Below, piece after piece: positions 63,913-64,000 of a stretch of DNA of 64,000 bases (its first letter is position 1; every line of letters starts with the position of its first letter). The position numbers and the translations under genes were made by a program. The stretch lies in IMG/VR virus record IMGVR_UViG_3300011429_000001, positions 15,962 through 79,961 of that record; one strand, 5' to 3'. Under the pieces are notes generated by a model. That model worked only from the letters and a program-made list of their open reading frames with translations, was not told where the DNA came from and ran no database searches. This stretch comes from a virus.

Positions 63913-64000
63913 CTATGGGATCTTCGTGAACGGGTGCTTCGCCGCGTCGGCGCGCACGGTCTGATGAAAGAAACGGCCCTTGCTTTCCGAGGTGAGGAAC
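63913..64000 (-). CDS. KTSC-domain protein, C-terminal fragment
   Basis: FLTSESKGRFFHQTVR...FTKIP* matches the KTSC A.SkG.ff...Ir pattern. Confidence 0.65.
   Translation of the reverse strand, partial: FLTSESKGRFFHQTVRADAAKHPFTKIP

Larger units (their letters stand above)
1..64000 (-). mobile_element. Tailed dsDNA phage/prophage genome segment (replication, packaging, head, neck, tail modules)
   Basis: TerS/TerL, portal, prohead protease, HK97-fold capsid, head-tail genes, tail tube and tape measure in canonical order, all on the minus strand with ATGA/GTGA overlaps. Confidence 0.97.

Noticed and set aside
1-64000. Apparent abundance of TCGA/CGCG/GATC palindromes as a sign of restriction immunity
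   Set aside because: Expected from GC and codon bias; needs a Markov-model count that I cannot run
1-64000. tRNA, rRNA, integrase, attachment sites, DGR reverse transcriptase, introns/inteins
   Set aside because: No supporting motifs seen; little intergenic space

Overview
A 64-kb fragment of a high-GC tailed dsDNA phage or prophage (siphovirus-like). Essentially all real genes lie on the minus strand and are translationally coupled. No integrase, tRNA, rRNA, CRISPR array or clear lysis cassette is visible. In transcription order (high to low coordinates) the window has five parts. (1) Recombination/replication: KTSC fragment, putative ssDNA-annealing protein, SbcD/SbcC, beta clamp, helicase-loader-like protein, DnaB, resolvase-like nuclease. 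(2) Interleaved DNA-modification genes: two amino-methyltransferases, a TAGT/GREB1-like glycosyltransferase, a UDG-superfamily protein, an LmbU-like protein and an AT-rich MTase-fold gene. (3) CspA, then a tandem array of 13 small ORFs, 12 of which share a UBA-like/ribbon-helix-helix-like module with variable tails; some tails resemble conserved motifs of other phage proteins. (4) TerS separated from TerL by about 10.6 kb of small genes, then portal, four consecutive Sec-signal-peptide proteins with virion-fibre-like domains, an apparently split MuF gene, DUF2213 protease, decoration protein, encapsulin-like major capsid and head-tail joining genes. (5) A ~9.6-kb glycosylation island (7 GT domains in 5 genes, a B12 radical SAM enzyme and a methyltransferase) inside the neck module, followed by tail terminator, tail tube, -1 frameshifted tail chaperones and the tape measure gene. 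All family assignments come from motif recognition by eye, not database searches. The best candidates for undescribed systems are the paralog array (42197-46517), the neck-embedded glycosylation island and the exported fibre-like proteins.
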